A DNA stretch of 64,000 nt from an uncultured Gammaproteobacteria bacterium (GCA_951828235.1 OX639965.1:598323-662322), one strand, 5' to 3'; counted from the first letter of the stretch, positions 25,749-36,490 are shown. Translations and numbers: made by a program. The notes: generated from the letters alone by a model not told the origin.

Positions 25749-26837
25749 TCATCCCGGCAAGCGCAAGGCATAGCGCGTACTGCGCCCGCCGCCGGGCAGC
25801 CGCTCAAGCGCCCCGATTTTCATTAGCAGGGACAGGTCCCGGGTGGCCGTTGCGCCTGAGCAACGCGTGAGCGCTACGTACTTGCGGGCACTCATGCCGC
25901 CCCTGAAGCCCTCGGGTCCCTCGCGCAACATGCGGGCCAGCACCTTCTCCTGGCGGTCGTTGACGCGATTCCCGTAGCTGCGCCAGAACGCCGCCTTGCG
26001 AATCACGAACGCGATCTGTTCCCTGGCCTTCTCCTGAGCATTCAGGACGCACTGTGTCCACCATTCCAGCCAGCCGGTAATGTCCATACCGCTTTGCCGG
26101 CTGGCCTGGTTGAGCATCTCGTAGTACTGCTTGCGCTGCCGATCAATAGCGGCGGACAAGCTCAGTAATGCCGGGTAACCCAATTCCTGAGACAGCGCGA
26201 TCTCGGCAATTGCCCTCCCCATGCGCCCATTTCCGTCCGCAAATGGATGAATGGACTCGAAATACAAATGGGCTACACCGGAGCGCACCGGTCCCGGCAA
26301 TGAACTGCTGGCATTGAACCACTCGACAAAGGTTTCCATTTCGCCTGCAACCCGCGAAGCCGGAGGCCCCTCAAAGTGCACTTTTTCTTTCCCGGCAACG
26401 CCGGAGACGATCCAGATTGGCTTGGTACGCCAGCGTCCGGCGTTGCGCATCCTTTCGCCCAGGAATTGGCGGTGCCAGGAGCACAAGCCGTCAACGGTCA
26501 GCGGTTCGGCGAAATCCTGGCCGGACAGAACCATCAGACGGGCGATTCCGCGAGCGTATGGATCCTGCCATCGATCCTCCTCGGCCAGACCCAGCTGCTT
26601 GAGGATGGATGAGCGAACAGCTTCGGGATCAACAGTCTCGCCCTCTATCCGCGATGTCGTCTGCGCCTCGGAGACCATCAGATCGATCATCGAGTTGGTG
26701 CGCTCCTGGTAGGAAAGCGATCGCATCTCGCTGGCCAGCCGGTTGACGGTTAGCGCGTAGCGATAGCTGTTGTCCTGGACAACCCCCGCATTCCACGTGA
26801 AATGCGGCCAGTCCTTGAGTTCCCAGATGTAGGGCAT
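25749..26837 (-). CDS. Fic-family protein with DUF4172-type N-terminus and C-terminal HTH
   Basis: YIWE..DWP.F.W, HPFADGNGRMGR, S.ATATRDL. Confidence 0.92.
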   Translation of the reverse strand: MPYIWELKDWPHFTWNAGVVQDNSYRYALTVNRLASEMRSLSYQERTNSMIDLMVSEAQTTSRIEGETVDPEAVRSSILKQLGLAEEDRWQDPYARGIARLMVLSGQDFAEPLTVDGLCSWHRQFLGERMRNAGRWRTKPIWIVSGVAGKEKVHFEGPPASRVAGEMETFVEWFNASSSLPGPVRSGVAHLYFESIHPFADGNGRMGRAIAEIALSQELGYPALLSLSAAIDRQRKQYYEMLNQASRQSGMDITGWLEWWTQCVLNAQEKAREQIAFVIRKAAFWRSYGNRVNDRQEKVLARMLREGPEGFRGGMSARKYVALTRCSGATATRDLSLLMKIGALERLPGGGRSTRYALRLPG

Positions 26838-26955
26838 GAAGGATCTTTCCGTTCTGATTCGATTGGAATGATCTGAATAATACCTCTATTCGCATCACAT
26901 ATTTGCTTATATCCGCAATTTTATGATTCGAATAGGCCTCTTATTCACCTCGGCG

Positions 26956-28050
26956 TCAGCCCTCCTGCCAGCGGTATCGGACTTTCAGCTTGTTCAGATA
27001 ATTCATCGGGAGAAGCCCATCATGCTGCATCCTGCCGACGACAATTCCGGGAGCCACGCCTATCTTCCTCGCGAACGCCGTCACGCTTGCAGCCGTATGC
27101 GCTAGAAAGGGCAATGCGGCGGCATCACCTGGACTTATCAGGAAATCGCTGGCGAATCGATCGGCTTCTTCTTCGTTCTTGCCGTCCAGCGCGCCGGCAA
27201 ACTCAAGAAACAACATCTTCTTTCCATGCAGCAGGATGTGGCCAGCCTCGTGAAAGAAGGCGAACCAGAGATGATCATTCGATTTGTAGCGCAGACTGAG
27301 CATGAGAAGGGCCTTGCCGTTCGTGAGCCATTTTGTAGCACCTGTGACCGGGCAACCTGGCGGCGCGGGCTCGAAAACAACCGCGACCCCGACACGTGCG
27401 CAAGCCTCGGTAAGGCCCGCCACGAATAAGGCTGGATCACTTTCGTTCGTAAGATTTCTCAAGTTCTTGAGTTCGGCCTTGAACCCGCCTCTGTCGAACC
27501 GCTCGCAGTCAAGGTTCATGGCGGCCTTTTCTCCCTGACGCAGCCACGCTGCAATGGCAGGGACGTTCTTTCGGTACCTGGGGGACGACTTGAACGCGGC
27601 CAACGCCAGTGGCTCCGCGTACTTATTTCGCCACGCATCGACGGATGCCACGCCGAAAAACGAAAGGCATTCGGACACCTGTGTTGTCTTGTCAGCCGCC
27701 TTCGAAACCCACTCGTACTTGATCATATGAGCCAGCGGAAGCTCACGAAGCCAGTGCGATTGCGAGCGCAATGACGCTTGCTCGCTTTGACGAGCAATGA
27801 TCTCGCGGTATTTCGCCTCTCTCGAAAGCCAGAAACCAGCCGTCCCTCCGAGCACTCTTTCGAGGCGAAAAGCGGTGTCCTCCGTTATTGACGCCTTGCC
27901 GTTTATGAGCAGGCTAACGTGTTTGGCCGTGTAGCCGGTGCGCTCGGCAAACTCGGTCTGCGGCCAGCCACGTTCTTCCAGAAGATCCAGGATGGTATCC
28001 CCGGGCGGAGACACCCATTTCGGTTCAAACTGAGCAGCAATTTCAGCCAT
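26956..28050 (-). CDS. HigA-type HTH antitoxin fused to an ImmA/IrrE metallopeptidase domain
   Basis: PPG.TI...LEERG..Q.E.A.R.G, FWL; WF.FFHEAGH...E.EAD.FA. Confidence 0.9.
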   Translation of the reverse strand: MAEIAAQFEPKWVSPPGDTILDLLEERGWPQTEFAERTGYTAKHVSLLINGKASITEDTAFRLERVLGGTAGFWLSREAKYREIIARQSEQASLRSQSHWLRELPLAHMIKYEWVSKAADKTTQVSECLSFFGVASVDAWRNKYAEPLALAAFKSSPRYRKNVPAIAAWLRQGEKAAMNLDCERFDRGGFKAELKNLRNLTNESDPALFVAGLTEACARVGVAVVFEPAPPGCPVTGATKWLTNGKALLMLSLRYKSNDHLWFAFFHEAGHILLHGKKMLFLEFAGALDGKNEEEADRFASDFLISPGDAAALPFLAHTAASVTAFARKIGVAPGIVVGRMQHDGLLPMNYLNKLKVRYRWQEG

Positions 28051-28372
28051 GGTAGTCTCCAATGAACACAACCCGAATCGAAGCGACGTTCATCCAGTCC
28101 GTCGCTCCGTCCTTCGTGGTAGGCACCGGTTTGTCGTTTGCCTCAAATACGAGCCTGTGGCCGCCGGAAAGGCGAACCGCAAATTGACCTGCGCGGGTCC
28201 CCTTGAGCGGATGGGGCTGACCGGCCGGAATATCTCCAAGGCGCGAGGCCGCCATCAGGTCGGCAAGCCGCGACTGAAGTTTCCTGGCCGACGCCTGACC
28301 CAACCTGCGTTTGGCCTCTTGCGGATCTTCACAGATCTTTCGGAGACCCGGGCTTGCAAAGGCAACTTCCAT
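28043..28372 (-). CDS. HigB/RelE-like toxin
   Basis: HPLKG.R.GQFAV.L.GG.RLVF, IGDYH; overlaps higA start. Confidence 0.85.
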   Translation of the reverse strand: MEVAFASPGLRKICEDPQEAKRRLGQASARKLQSRLADLMAASRLGDIPAGQPHPLKGTRAGQFAVRLSGGHRLVFEANDKPVPTTKDGATDWMNVASIRVVFIGDYHG

Positions 28373-28670
28373 TCCAGATCTCCGATAGTCGGATGATTAC
28401 CATATCAGTTAATATATCCTTATACCAATACTTAGATTATATTTACCTTATTGGTAAATACAATCCATATTCTGTAGGCGACCGATGCATTCTTGGCCGA
28501 TTGAACCGGCGAGAATAGAGTCCGAGCGGGACCTGAAGAGCTGGGTGGGAGAAGCAGCCGCGTTCACCGCAAGCCTTCCGGCCAAATAACGGCCTGGCGC
28601 CGCCCCGGGCGCACCAACCTGCCCAAACGGGTGGGTTTCCTCGCAGGCTTTCGTCGCTAACCTAGTTCTC

Positions 28671-30749
28671 ATGAAAGGTAGGCCTATTGCGCGTGCCGCC
28701 AGCGACGTGGGGGGGACGTTTACCGACCTGGTGCTCTACCGCGTGGGGAAGGACGGCAGCGAGGTCCATTGTTCCAAGGTTGACACCACGCCTCCGGACT
28801 TTGAGCTCGGCGTCATGTCGAGCCTCGAGAAGCTGAATGCCGAGCCTTCCGAGCTTGATTTCTTTGCCCATGGATGCACGGTGGTCATCAACGCGCTCAC
28901 GGAGCGCAAGGGAGCGAAGACCGCGCTGATTACGACCCGGGGCTTTCGGGACGTGCTGGAAATAGCGCGGGGCAACCGGCCGGACCTCTTCAATTTCAAT
29001 TTCCGCAAGCCCAGGCCGTTCGTGGACCGGTACCTGAGGCTGGAACTTCCGGAAAGGACCACCTATCACGGGGAAATCCAGGAAACCGTGGACATGAGTT
29101 CGCTTCCGGAGCAGATCGACTACCTCAAGCGCGAAGGCGTGGAAGCGATCGCGATCGCCTTTCTGCATGCATACATCAACCCGTCCAACGAACAGCAGGC
29201 CGCCGAAGAAATCCGGCGCCAGTGGCCGGAGGCTTCGGTTATCGCTTCCCACGAGGTATCCCGCGAATGGCGGGAGTACGAGCGCACCAATACCACGGTG
29301 CTGGCCGCCTACGTCCATCCGATCGCCGAAGCCTACATCGAACGGCTGCAGTCGAGCCTCAAGCAGGGCGGCTTCCGGCGCGGCCCCTACATGATGCAAT
29401 CCAACGGTGGCATCACGACGGCGGAAGCCGCCAAGCGCAACCCCATCGCGATGGTCGAATCGGGACCGGCCAGCGGCATATTCGCGGCCGCCTACCTGGG
29501 CAAGCTCATCGGCGAACCCAACCTGATCGTGCTCGACATCGGCGGCACCACGGCCAAGTGCGCGCTGGTCGAAAACGGCAGGGTCCGCGTAACCACCGAG
29601 TATCACATCGAGAAGACCCGCAAGTCCCCCGGCTACCCGATCCAGACGCCTGTGTCGGAGATCGTCGAAATCGGCACGGGCGGCGGGTCCATAGCCTGGG
29701 TGGACGCGGGAGGAAAACTCCACGTAGGTCCCCAATCGGCAGGCGCGGACCCGGGTCCGGCCGCCTACGGCCGCGGCGGAACGCGCGTCACCACCACCGA
29801 CGCCAACCTGGTTCTTGCCCGAATCGATCCCGACAGTTTCGTGGGCGGGGAGGTCGATCCCGACTGGCCGTCGGTGAACCACGCTTTCGCGCCGCTTCAG
29901 GACGAGCTGTCGCTGACCCGCGAGGAGATCGCCCGCGGCATCGTGCAGATCGCCAACGCCAACATGGTTAACGCTCTGCGGCTGGTGTCCACCAACAAGG
30001 GCCATGATCCGCGCGAATTTGCGCTCATCGCATTTGGAGGGGGTGGAGCGATGCACGCCCTGCCCCTGGCGGAGGAGTTGAAGGTCCGCAAGGTGATCGT
30101 GCCGGTCAATTCGTCGGTCTTTTCCGCATGGGGCATGCTGCTGAGCGATCTGCGCCGCGACTACGTCCAGACGCGGCCCCTGTACTTCAACGCCGACAAC
30201 CACCGGCGGGTCCTTGAGACCTTCGCGCGGCTGCGGGAAAAGGCGGAGGAGGACTACATCGGCGACGGGGTCGTTTCCACCGGTGCGGAACTCGCCTTCG
30301 AACAGCACGGAGACATGCGCTACGAGGGCCAGGAACATACGGTCAAGGTGCCGCTGAAACTGAGCGGGCAGGCGCTGGCGGAGGAGCTGGAGGCGGCGAT
30401 CGAGGAATTTCACCTGGCCCACGAGCAGCGCTACACGTACCGGCTCGAGAATCCGGTCCAGATCGTCAACTTTCACCTGGTGGCGACGGCGGAGGTGGAC
30501 AAGCCGGAACTTGCGGAACGCAGGCCTTCGGGAAAAACGCTCAATGAGGCGCGTCTGGGCAGGCGCGAGGTGGATTTTCATCCGCACGGGCGGCATGAGG
30601 CGCGAATCTACGACGGCGGGCTGCTCGACTCGACCATGAACGTGGAAGGTCCCGCGGTCATCCAGGAGGCCTCCGTGACGCTTCCCGTGCCCGCCGGCCG
30701 AACCGTGTCGCTGGACCGCTACGGCAACTACCACATCGAGCTGAAATAG
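28671..30749 (+). CDS. Hydantoinase A / 5-oxoprolinase family subunit
   Basis: DVGGTFTD, REYERT.TT, ESGPA.G, DIGGTT, VGP.SAGADPGP, MRY.GQ. Confidence 0.95.
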   Translation: MKGRPIARAASDVGGTFTDLVLYRVGKDGSEVHCSKVDTTPPDFELGVMSSLEKLNAEPSELDFFAHGCTVVINALTERKGAKTALITTRGFRDVLEIARGNRPDLFNFNFRKPRPFVDRYLRLELPERTTYHGEIQETVDMSSLPEQIDYLKREGVEAIAIAFLHAYINPSNEQQAAEEIRRQWPEASVIASHEVSREWREYERTNTTVLAAYVHPIAEAYIERLQSSLKQGGFRRGPYMMQSNGGITTAEAAKRNPIAMVESGPASGIFAAAYLGKLIGEPNLIVLDIGGTTAKCALVENGRVRVTTEYHIEKTRKSPGYPIQTPVSEIVEIGTGGGSIAWVDAGGKLHVGPQSAGADPGPAAYGRGGTRVTTTDANLVLARIDPDSFVGGEVDPDWPSVNHAFAPLQDELSLTREEIARGIVQIANANMVNALRLVSTNKGHDPREFALIAFGGGGAMHALPLAEELKVRKVIVPVNSSVFSAWGMLLSDLRRDYVQTRPLYFNADNHRRVLETFARLREKAEEDYIGDGVVSTGAELAFEQHGDMRYEGQEHTVKVPLKLSGQALAEELEAAIEEFHLAHEQRYTYRLENPVQIVNFHLVATAEVDKPELAERRPSGKTLNEARLGRREVDFHPHGRHEARIYDGGLLDSTMNVEGPAVIQEASVTLPVPAGRTVSLDRYGNYHIELK

Positions 30750-30762
30750 CCGGAGGAGAACC

Positions 30763-32436
30763 ATGAGTTCCACGTCATTCGACCGGGAAGTCATCAAGGA
30801 CTGCATCGTGGCGCTGGGCGACGAAATGTTCGAGGCGGTCATCCGCACCAGCATGAGCCCCATCATTTATGAAACCACCGACTTCGCCGTGGGCGCCACC
30901 GATGCGCGGGGCAATCTCCTGGCGCAGGGCAACGGCGTGACCGCCTTTCTGGCCACGCTGGATACGGCCGTTCAGGACGTCCTGAAGCACTACCCGGAAC
31001 CGGGCGACATCGCCGAAGGCGACGCCTTCATTACCAACAGCCCCTATTGCGGCGGCGGGACGCATCTTTCGGACGTGGTCATCATCGTGCCGGTGTTCCA
31101 CGACCGGAGGCTCATCGCGTTCACGGTGAACAAGGCCCACTGGACCGAGGTGGGGGGCGCCCAACCCGGCAGCGTATCGACGGAATCGACGGAGATTTAC
31201 CAGGAAGGGCTTCATTTCCGGTTTCTCAAGCTCTACTCGGGCGGCGAGCTGAACCAGGCGCTGGTGCAGATCATTCGCGACAACGTCCGCCTTCCCGAAT
31301 CCACCATCGGCGACATGCATTCCGGTGTGGCGGCGGCGCGTGTCGGCGCGGCCCGGATTCGGGAACTGGCCTCCAAGTACGGCGTGGAATCCGTCCTGGA
31401 GGCGATGGAGGACCTGCTCGACTACGGCGAACGCATGACTATCGAGGAGATCCGCAAGCTGCCGGCCGGCTCCTTCGAGGCGACGGACATCGTGGAAAGC
31501 GACGGGCTCGGCAACGGCCCCTTCGAAATCCACTGCAAGGTAACCATCGGAAACGGCAGGATCACCGCCGACTTCACCGGCACCAGCGAGCAGGCCCAGG
31601 GGCCGATCAATTGCGCCTACACGGGCCTGATCACCGGCGCGCGCTGCCTGTTCAAGGCCATCACCAACACCGAAATCCCGGCCAACGGCGGCTGCTTCCG
31701 GCCGCTGGAAGTGATCTGCCCGGAAGGCACGGTCATCAGCGCAACCTCGCCGGCGCCGGTCTCGCTCTATTACGAGTCGCTGATCGCCGCCATAGACGTG
31801 ATGTGGAAGGCGCTCGCCCCGGCCCTGTCCGACCGGCTTTCCGCGGGACACCAGCGCACGGTGGGCGCCAATTTCATATCCGGCATGCACCCGGACACCG
31901 GAGACCTGTTCGTCATGGGTCAGCCGCTGGTGGGCGGCTGGGGCGCTTCGGATGGAGTGGACGGCGACAGCGGGCAGTTCTGTTGCGGCAATGGCGAAAC
32001 CTTCAACGTGCCGGTGGAACTGTTCGAAACCCGTTATGGGTTGCAGGTCGAGCAGTACGCATTTCACAATGAAGCCGGCGGGGAAGGAAAGTACCGGGGC
32101 GGCAAGGGCGTGATTCTCGATTACCGCGTGGTCTCGCCGGAAGTGTTTCTCACCTATGCCGCCAGCCGCACGGAAGCGCGTCCCTGGCCGATTGAGGAAG
32201 GCCTTGAGGGATCCACAAACTACGCCGAGATCCTGCGCAAGTCCGGGGAAGAGGAGCGCTACTCCATGTGCACCATGGTCCGCGCGGAGCAGGGCGATTG
32301 CATTCGGCTGGTGTCGGCCACGGGCGGCGGCTACGGCGATCCCACGGAACGCAAGCGCGCCGAAATCGAACAGGACATCAAGAACGGCTATCTCACCCGC
32401 GAGCGGGCGGACGAGGTGTTCGGGTTCAGCGGATGA
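30763..32436 (+). CDS. Hydantoinase B / oxoprolinase family subunit (copy 1)
   Basis: S.IIYE..D, GGTHLSD, KAHW.EVGG..PGS, YQEG, GGGYGDP. Confidence 0.95.
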   Translation: MSSTSFDREVIKDCIVALGDEMFEAVIRTSMSPIIYETTDFAVGATDARGNLLAQGNGVTAFLATLDTAVQDVLKHYPEPGDIAEGDAFITNSPYCGGGTHLSDVVIIVPVFHDRRLIAFTVNKAHWTEVGGAQPGSVSTESTEIYQEGLHFRFLKLYSGGELNQALVQIIRDNVRLPESTIGDMHSGVAAARVGAARIRELASKYGVESVLEAMEDLLDYGERMTIEEIRKLPAGSFEATDIVESDGLGNGPFEIHCKVTIGNGRITADFTGTSEQAQGPINCAYTGLITGARCLFKAITNTEIPANGGCFRPLEVICPEGTVISATSPAPVSLYYESLIAAIDVMWKALAPALSDRLSAGHQRTVGANFISGMHPDTGDLFVMGQPLVGGWGASDGVDGDSGQFCCGNGETFNVPVELFETRYGLQVEQYAFHNEAGGEGKYRGGKGVILDYRVVSPEVFLTYAASRTEARPWPIEEGLEGSTNYAEILRKSGEEERYSMCTMVRAEQGDCIRLVSATGGGYGDPTERKRAEIEQDIKNGYLTRERADEVFGFSG

Positions 32437-32446
32437 GGCCCCGCGG

Positions 32447-33709
32447 ATAGATTTTTCCAAGTCTCAGGTCCCCGCCTCGGCCACCTATACGGGCTGGCAT
32501 ATCGCGCTGGTGATTGTGGGCGGCACCATTGCGGTGCCGGCCTTCCTGATGGCGGCCAACCTCGGCGCCAGCCTCGGCCTGCGCGATGCGGCAATCGCGT
32601 TCAGTTGCGGGTGTTTGATTCTCGGTTCAATGGCCGCGCTCACCGGGCTCTGCGGCCAGAAGTCGGGGCTCTCCGCCTACATGCTCAACGAATTCGCGTT
32701 CGGCCGCTGGGGCGGAAGAATCGCCAGCACCGTGGTGTCCATGACCCTGATCGGCTGGTTCGGCGTAACCAGCGCGCTGTTCGGCAGGGCCGCCAATCTC
32801 ATGGGCCGCAGCGTATTCGGCGTCGACTGGCCGGTAGAGCTCTACATGGTCCTGGGCGGCGGGCTCATCGTGGCCGTTACCGTCACCGGGTTCAAGGGCA
32901 TAGACAAGCTGGCGCTGGCGCTGGTGCCGGTAATGCTCGCCTTCCTGATGATGGCGGCCTGGCTCTCGCTGCCGCAACTGGATCAGTGGATCGAGCCCAC
33001 CGGAGGAACTCCGATGACGCTCACCACCGCCATTTCGGCGATCGTGGGCAGTTATATTGCCGGCGTGACGATACAGCCCGACTACGCGCGGTTCGCGCGT
33101 TCCAGGCGCGCAGCGCTGGGCTCGGCCTTCGTCGCGCTGGCCATTTCATTTCCGATCCTTCTGTTCTGTACCGCCATTCCTTCCATCGCGTACAGCGAAC
33201 CGGACCTGCTGAAAGTAATGATCGCGCTGGGAATCGGCATTCCGGCCTTCCTGCTGCTGATACTGGCTGCCTGGTCTTCGAACGTGCTTTCCGTGTACTC
33301 CGGGGCGCTGGCGCTGGCAACGGTCTTTCGACGTCTGGATCTCAGGGTGCTCATTGTGGGAGTGGGGACGCTCGGCACGCTCCTGGCCCTGGCCGGGGCC
33401 GGCGACTATCTGATCGAGTACCTGGTATTGCTCGGGATCACCATTCCTCCGATTTCAAGCATCTACCTGGTCGATACCCTGCTTTTCCGCAAACGCTTCG
33501 ACGATGTGGAATTGAGCAAGCGCCCGCGCCTTTCGCTGAAGGCCCTGGCAAGCTGGATAACGGCAGTAGGCGCAGGGGCCTGCTCTCACTTCGGCCTGTT
33601 CACGCTGACTTCGGTCGCGGCGCTCGACTCCATCGTGGTTGCAGGGGCGCTCAGCGTGATTCTGGGTGGCGGTTTTCGTCGCGCGGGCGTCTTGGTGCGT
33701 CCGACATGA
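32447..33709 (+). CDS. Cytosine permease / NCS1-family transporter (start codon unclear)
   Basis: Many TM segments, FG..G, IGWFGV, PDYARFA; aligns with paralog at 43085. Confidence 0.85.
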   Translation: MDFSKSQVPASATYTGWHIALVIVGGTIAVPAFLMAANLGASLGLRDAAIAFSCGCLILGSMAALTGLCGQKSGLSAYMLNEFAFGRWGGRIASTVVSMTLIGWFGVTSALFGRAANLMGRSVFGVDWPVELYMVLGGGLIVAVTVTGFKGIDKLALALVPVMLAFLMMAAWLSLPQLDQWIEPTGGTPMTLTTAISAIVGSYIAGVTIQPDYARFARSRRAALGSAFVALAISFPILLFCTAIPSIAYSEPDLLKVMIALGIGIPAFLLLILAAWSSNVLSVYSGALALATVFRRLDLRVLIVGVGTLGTLLALAGAGDYLIEYLVLLGITIPPISSIYLVDTLLFRKRFDDVELSKRPRLSLKALASWITAVGAGACSHFGLFTLTSVAALDSIVVAGALSVILGGGFRRAGVLVRPT

Positions 33710-33760
33710 TTTGATAACCTGACATTCCTTTGCGGGCCCCCGTTCGGTCCTCCGTTGCAT

Positions 33761-36490
33761 ATGGGCGTTAAAGCAAAATCAGGCAAAAGCGCAAAAGGCA
33801 CCGGTCCCTGGGTGCTTCGCGGCAAGTTGAGACCGCCTCTCGGACATCATTCCCTGATCGAGCGTTCCGACCTGGTCGACTCCCTCGACGATCTTCTGAA
33901 CTACCAGGCGTCCATCGTCATTGCGCCGGCGGGATACGGCAAGACCACGCTTTTGACGCAGTGGCGGGGGCGGCTAACCGGGGCGGGATGCAAGGCAGGC
34001 TGGCTGACTCTCGACGGGCAGGATGCGGACACGTACCGCTTTCTGTGCTACTCGATCTTCGCGCTCGCGGAAGCGGGGGTTGACCTCGGGCAGCTCGAAA
34101 TGTTCGCGGAACAGGGGCTTACCGAACTGCCGCTGGAATCGGTTCTGGTCCGGTTCCTGTCGTCGGTAGAGGCCGCCGGCAAACCCGTGGTTCTGATCCT
34201 CGACGACTACCACCGCCTGGAATCCGAATCGATCGACCGCTTGATGGACATGCTGATCGACAATGCTCCGGGCAACTTCCACCTGATCATCAGCGCCCGT
34301 CACCGGCCGGCCTTCAACGTTGCGCAACTCTGCCTTACCGGGCGGGGAATTGAAATCGGCGCCGAGATGCTGCGGTTCTCCCATGCCGAAATGCAGCAGG
34401 CCCTGGGCAACATCTGCAACGACGAAGTGCTGGGGACCATTCAGTCCACGACGGAGGGATGGCCGGTGGCGGTGCAGCTCGCCCGCCTGGCCTACGTGGG
34501 CGGCAGCTCGTTCGACATGCGCGCCATGACCGGACGCGAGGGACACATCGCGGACTTCTTCTCCGAGCAGGTCGTGCGCGGACTGGCGGACAAGCACCAG
34601 CAGTTGCTCACGCGTACGGCCATACTGGACCAGTTCAACGTCGAACTCGCCAACGCAGTTTATGGCGGCGCCGACGCCTCGAAGATACTCCACTCGCTGA
34701 GCGACCTCAGCGCACTGATCGTGCGGCTCGACGAAGAGGGCGAGTGGTATCGCTACCACCACCTGTTCGCGGAGTTTCTGAGGGGTTTGCTGGGGGAGCG
34801 CGAAGCGGACCACGTAGAGCAACTGCACGCGCGGGCGTCGCTGTGGTTCGAGCACGATGGCGATACGCAGCATGCCGTGCGACACGCCGTCCTGGCCGGG
34901 GACATGACGAGGGCGGCGCAGCTGATCGAGTCCGCAGGCGGCTGGGAACTCATACTGTTCGGCGGGATCGGCTACCTGCGCAACCTCCTGAACCTTCTTC
35001 CGGAGGACCAGGTCACGCTGTTCCCGCGGCTTGAAATCGCCAAGTCCTACCTGCTGCTGAAGATGGGCAACGTTGCGTCGGCCCGGGGCCACTTCGACCG
35101 CGCCTGCGCGCAGCGCGAAAGAATGAACGGTGACGCGGACTGGGGCAAGTGGTTTGCCCGCGACGCTCTCAATATCGGCTCACTGCTTTGCGCGTACGAG
35201 GACGATGAAGCAGCCCTGAATGGGCCGGTCGAACGGAAGCAGAACGTCTTGCCCAACGGAGAGCCCGACAGAGTCTCCGACGGGGTGCTGGCCTGCCAGA
35301 GAGTGGTGACGCAAATCTACCGCGGACAATTCCGGACCGCCGAAACCACGCTGCGCGCCGCCATGCGCTATATGCGCCAGGCCGACTCCGTGCTCGGTCT
35401 CAATTACTGCTATGTGCATGCCGCGGTCAACAATTTCCATGTGGGCCGAATCAACCAGGCGCTTGCCGATGCCCGCGAGAGCAGTTCGATGGCGTCCGAC
35501 AACTTCGGCAGCGACAGCGGGCTCAAGTCCCTGTCGGATGTGGCCCTGGGTGCGCTGCTGTTCTGGCGCAACGAACTCAGCGACGAGGATTGGCAGAGAT
35601 TCGAGATTTCCCTTGAGCATACGGCGCGCTACGACGGCTGGTTTGAAATCTATGCGCTGGGGCTGGAAACAACCGTTGACCGCGCCCTCCTGCACGGAGA
35701 CATCGAAGCGGCAAACGCCGTCATCGACCGGGCCAGGCGTCTGGCTCGCGAGCGCTCCATGGAGCGCCTCGGCCGGCACGCGGATTCCATGGCATTGCAT
35801 GTGGCGGTGGAGAAAGGCGACCGGCTGGCGGCCGGGATGATTGCCCGGAAGGTCCGCGACAGACACCCCCCGGGGCTGTGGCGGGAAAGGCGTTTCTGGT
35901 GGCGCAACCATGTGCATGCCATGCTGGCGCTCGCCGGCTATTGCGAAGACACGGACCGCGCCGATGCAGAGGCCTTCCTGCAGGACGCCGAAGAGTGCTG
36001 CCGGAAGCTGGGTGCGGGCTTCCTGCTGCTGCGCGTGCGCGTTACCCGTGCGGCGCAGCTCTACCGCCTTGATCAGCGTCGGGAAGCCCTCGAACTGCTG
36101 GCGCAGGCCATTGGCATGGCGAGGCCCGAGGGACTGACTGGCGCGATCGCAAGGCCCGGCTCGATGCTGGCGCTGCTGCGCCACGCCCAGAGCTACTGGC
36201 GGCGAAAGCCCGGCGAGACGGCAACCCGGCGCTTCGTGGGCGAAGCCATCAACCTGATTCAGCAGTCGGCCGAAAAGCGACCGGATGCGTCCAACCGCGT
36301 CTCCCTGAGTCCGCGCGAAATGGAGGTGCTGTGGGAGCTCTCGCTGGGCCGCTCCAACAAGCAGATCGCCAGGGCCCTGTACATGACCGAGCACACGGTC
36401 AAGTTCCACCTCAAGAACGTGTTCCGCAAACTTTCCGTAAACCGGCGCACCGAAGCGATGCGGGTCGCCCGGGAACACAACCTCATTTGA
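33761..36490 (+). CDS. MalT/LAL-family ATP-binding LuxR regulator
   Basis: APAGYGKTT, LILDDYH, TEGWP, YRYHHLF, C-terminal LSPRE..VL..L..G.SNKQIA...TVKFHLKN. Confidence 0.95.
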   Translation: MGVKAKSGKSAKGTGPWVLRGKLRPPLGHHSLIERSDLVDSLDDLLNYQASIVIAPAGYGKTTLLTQWRGRLTGAGCKAGWLTLDGQDADTYRFLCYSIFALAEAGVDLGQLEMFAEQGLTELPLESVLVRFLSSVEAAGKPVVLILDDYHRLESESIDRLMDMLIDNAPGNFHLIISARHRPAFNVAQLCLTGRGIEIGAEMLRFSHAEMQQALGNICNDEVLGTIQSTTEGWPVAVQLARLAYVGGSSFDMRAMTGREGHIADFFSEQVVRGLADKHQQLLTRTAILDQFNVELANAVYGGADASKILHSLSDLSALIVRLDEEGEWYRYHHLFAEFLRGLLGEREADHVEQLHARASLWFEHDGDTQHAVRHAVLAGDMTRAAQLIESAGGWELILFGGIGYLRNLLNLLPEDQVTLFPRLEIAKSYLLLKMGNVASARGHFDRACAQRERMNGDADWGKWFARDALNIGSLLCAYEDDEAALNGPVERKQNVLPNGEPDRVSDGVLACQRVVTQIYRGQFRTAETTLRAAMRYMRQADSVLGLNYCYVHAAVNNFHVGRINQALADARESSSMASDNFGSDSGLKSLSDVALGALLFWRNELSDEDWQRFEISLEHTARYDGWFEIYALGLETTVDRALLHGDIEAANAVIDRARRLARERSMERLGRHADSMALHVAVEKGDRLAAGMIARKVRDRHPPGLWRERRFWWRNHVHAMLALAGYCEDTDRADAEAFLQDAEECCRKLGAGFLLLRVRVTRAAQLYRLDQRREALELLAQAIGMARPEGLTGAIARPGSMLALLRHAQSYWRRKPGETATRRFVGEAINLIQQSAEKRPDASNRVSLSPREMEVLWELSLGRSNKQIARALYMTEHTVKFHLKNVFRKLSVNRRTEAMRVAREHNLI

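Larger units (their letters stand above)
2427..28470. mobile_element. tRNA-anchored accessory/defence region (right boundary uncertain; accessory DNA may extend to about 53.2 kb)
   Basis: Visible GC drop right after tRNA-Lys; RM, PIN, HipA and many TA genes; no integrase or attR found. Confidence 0.55.
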
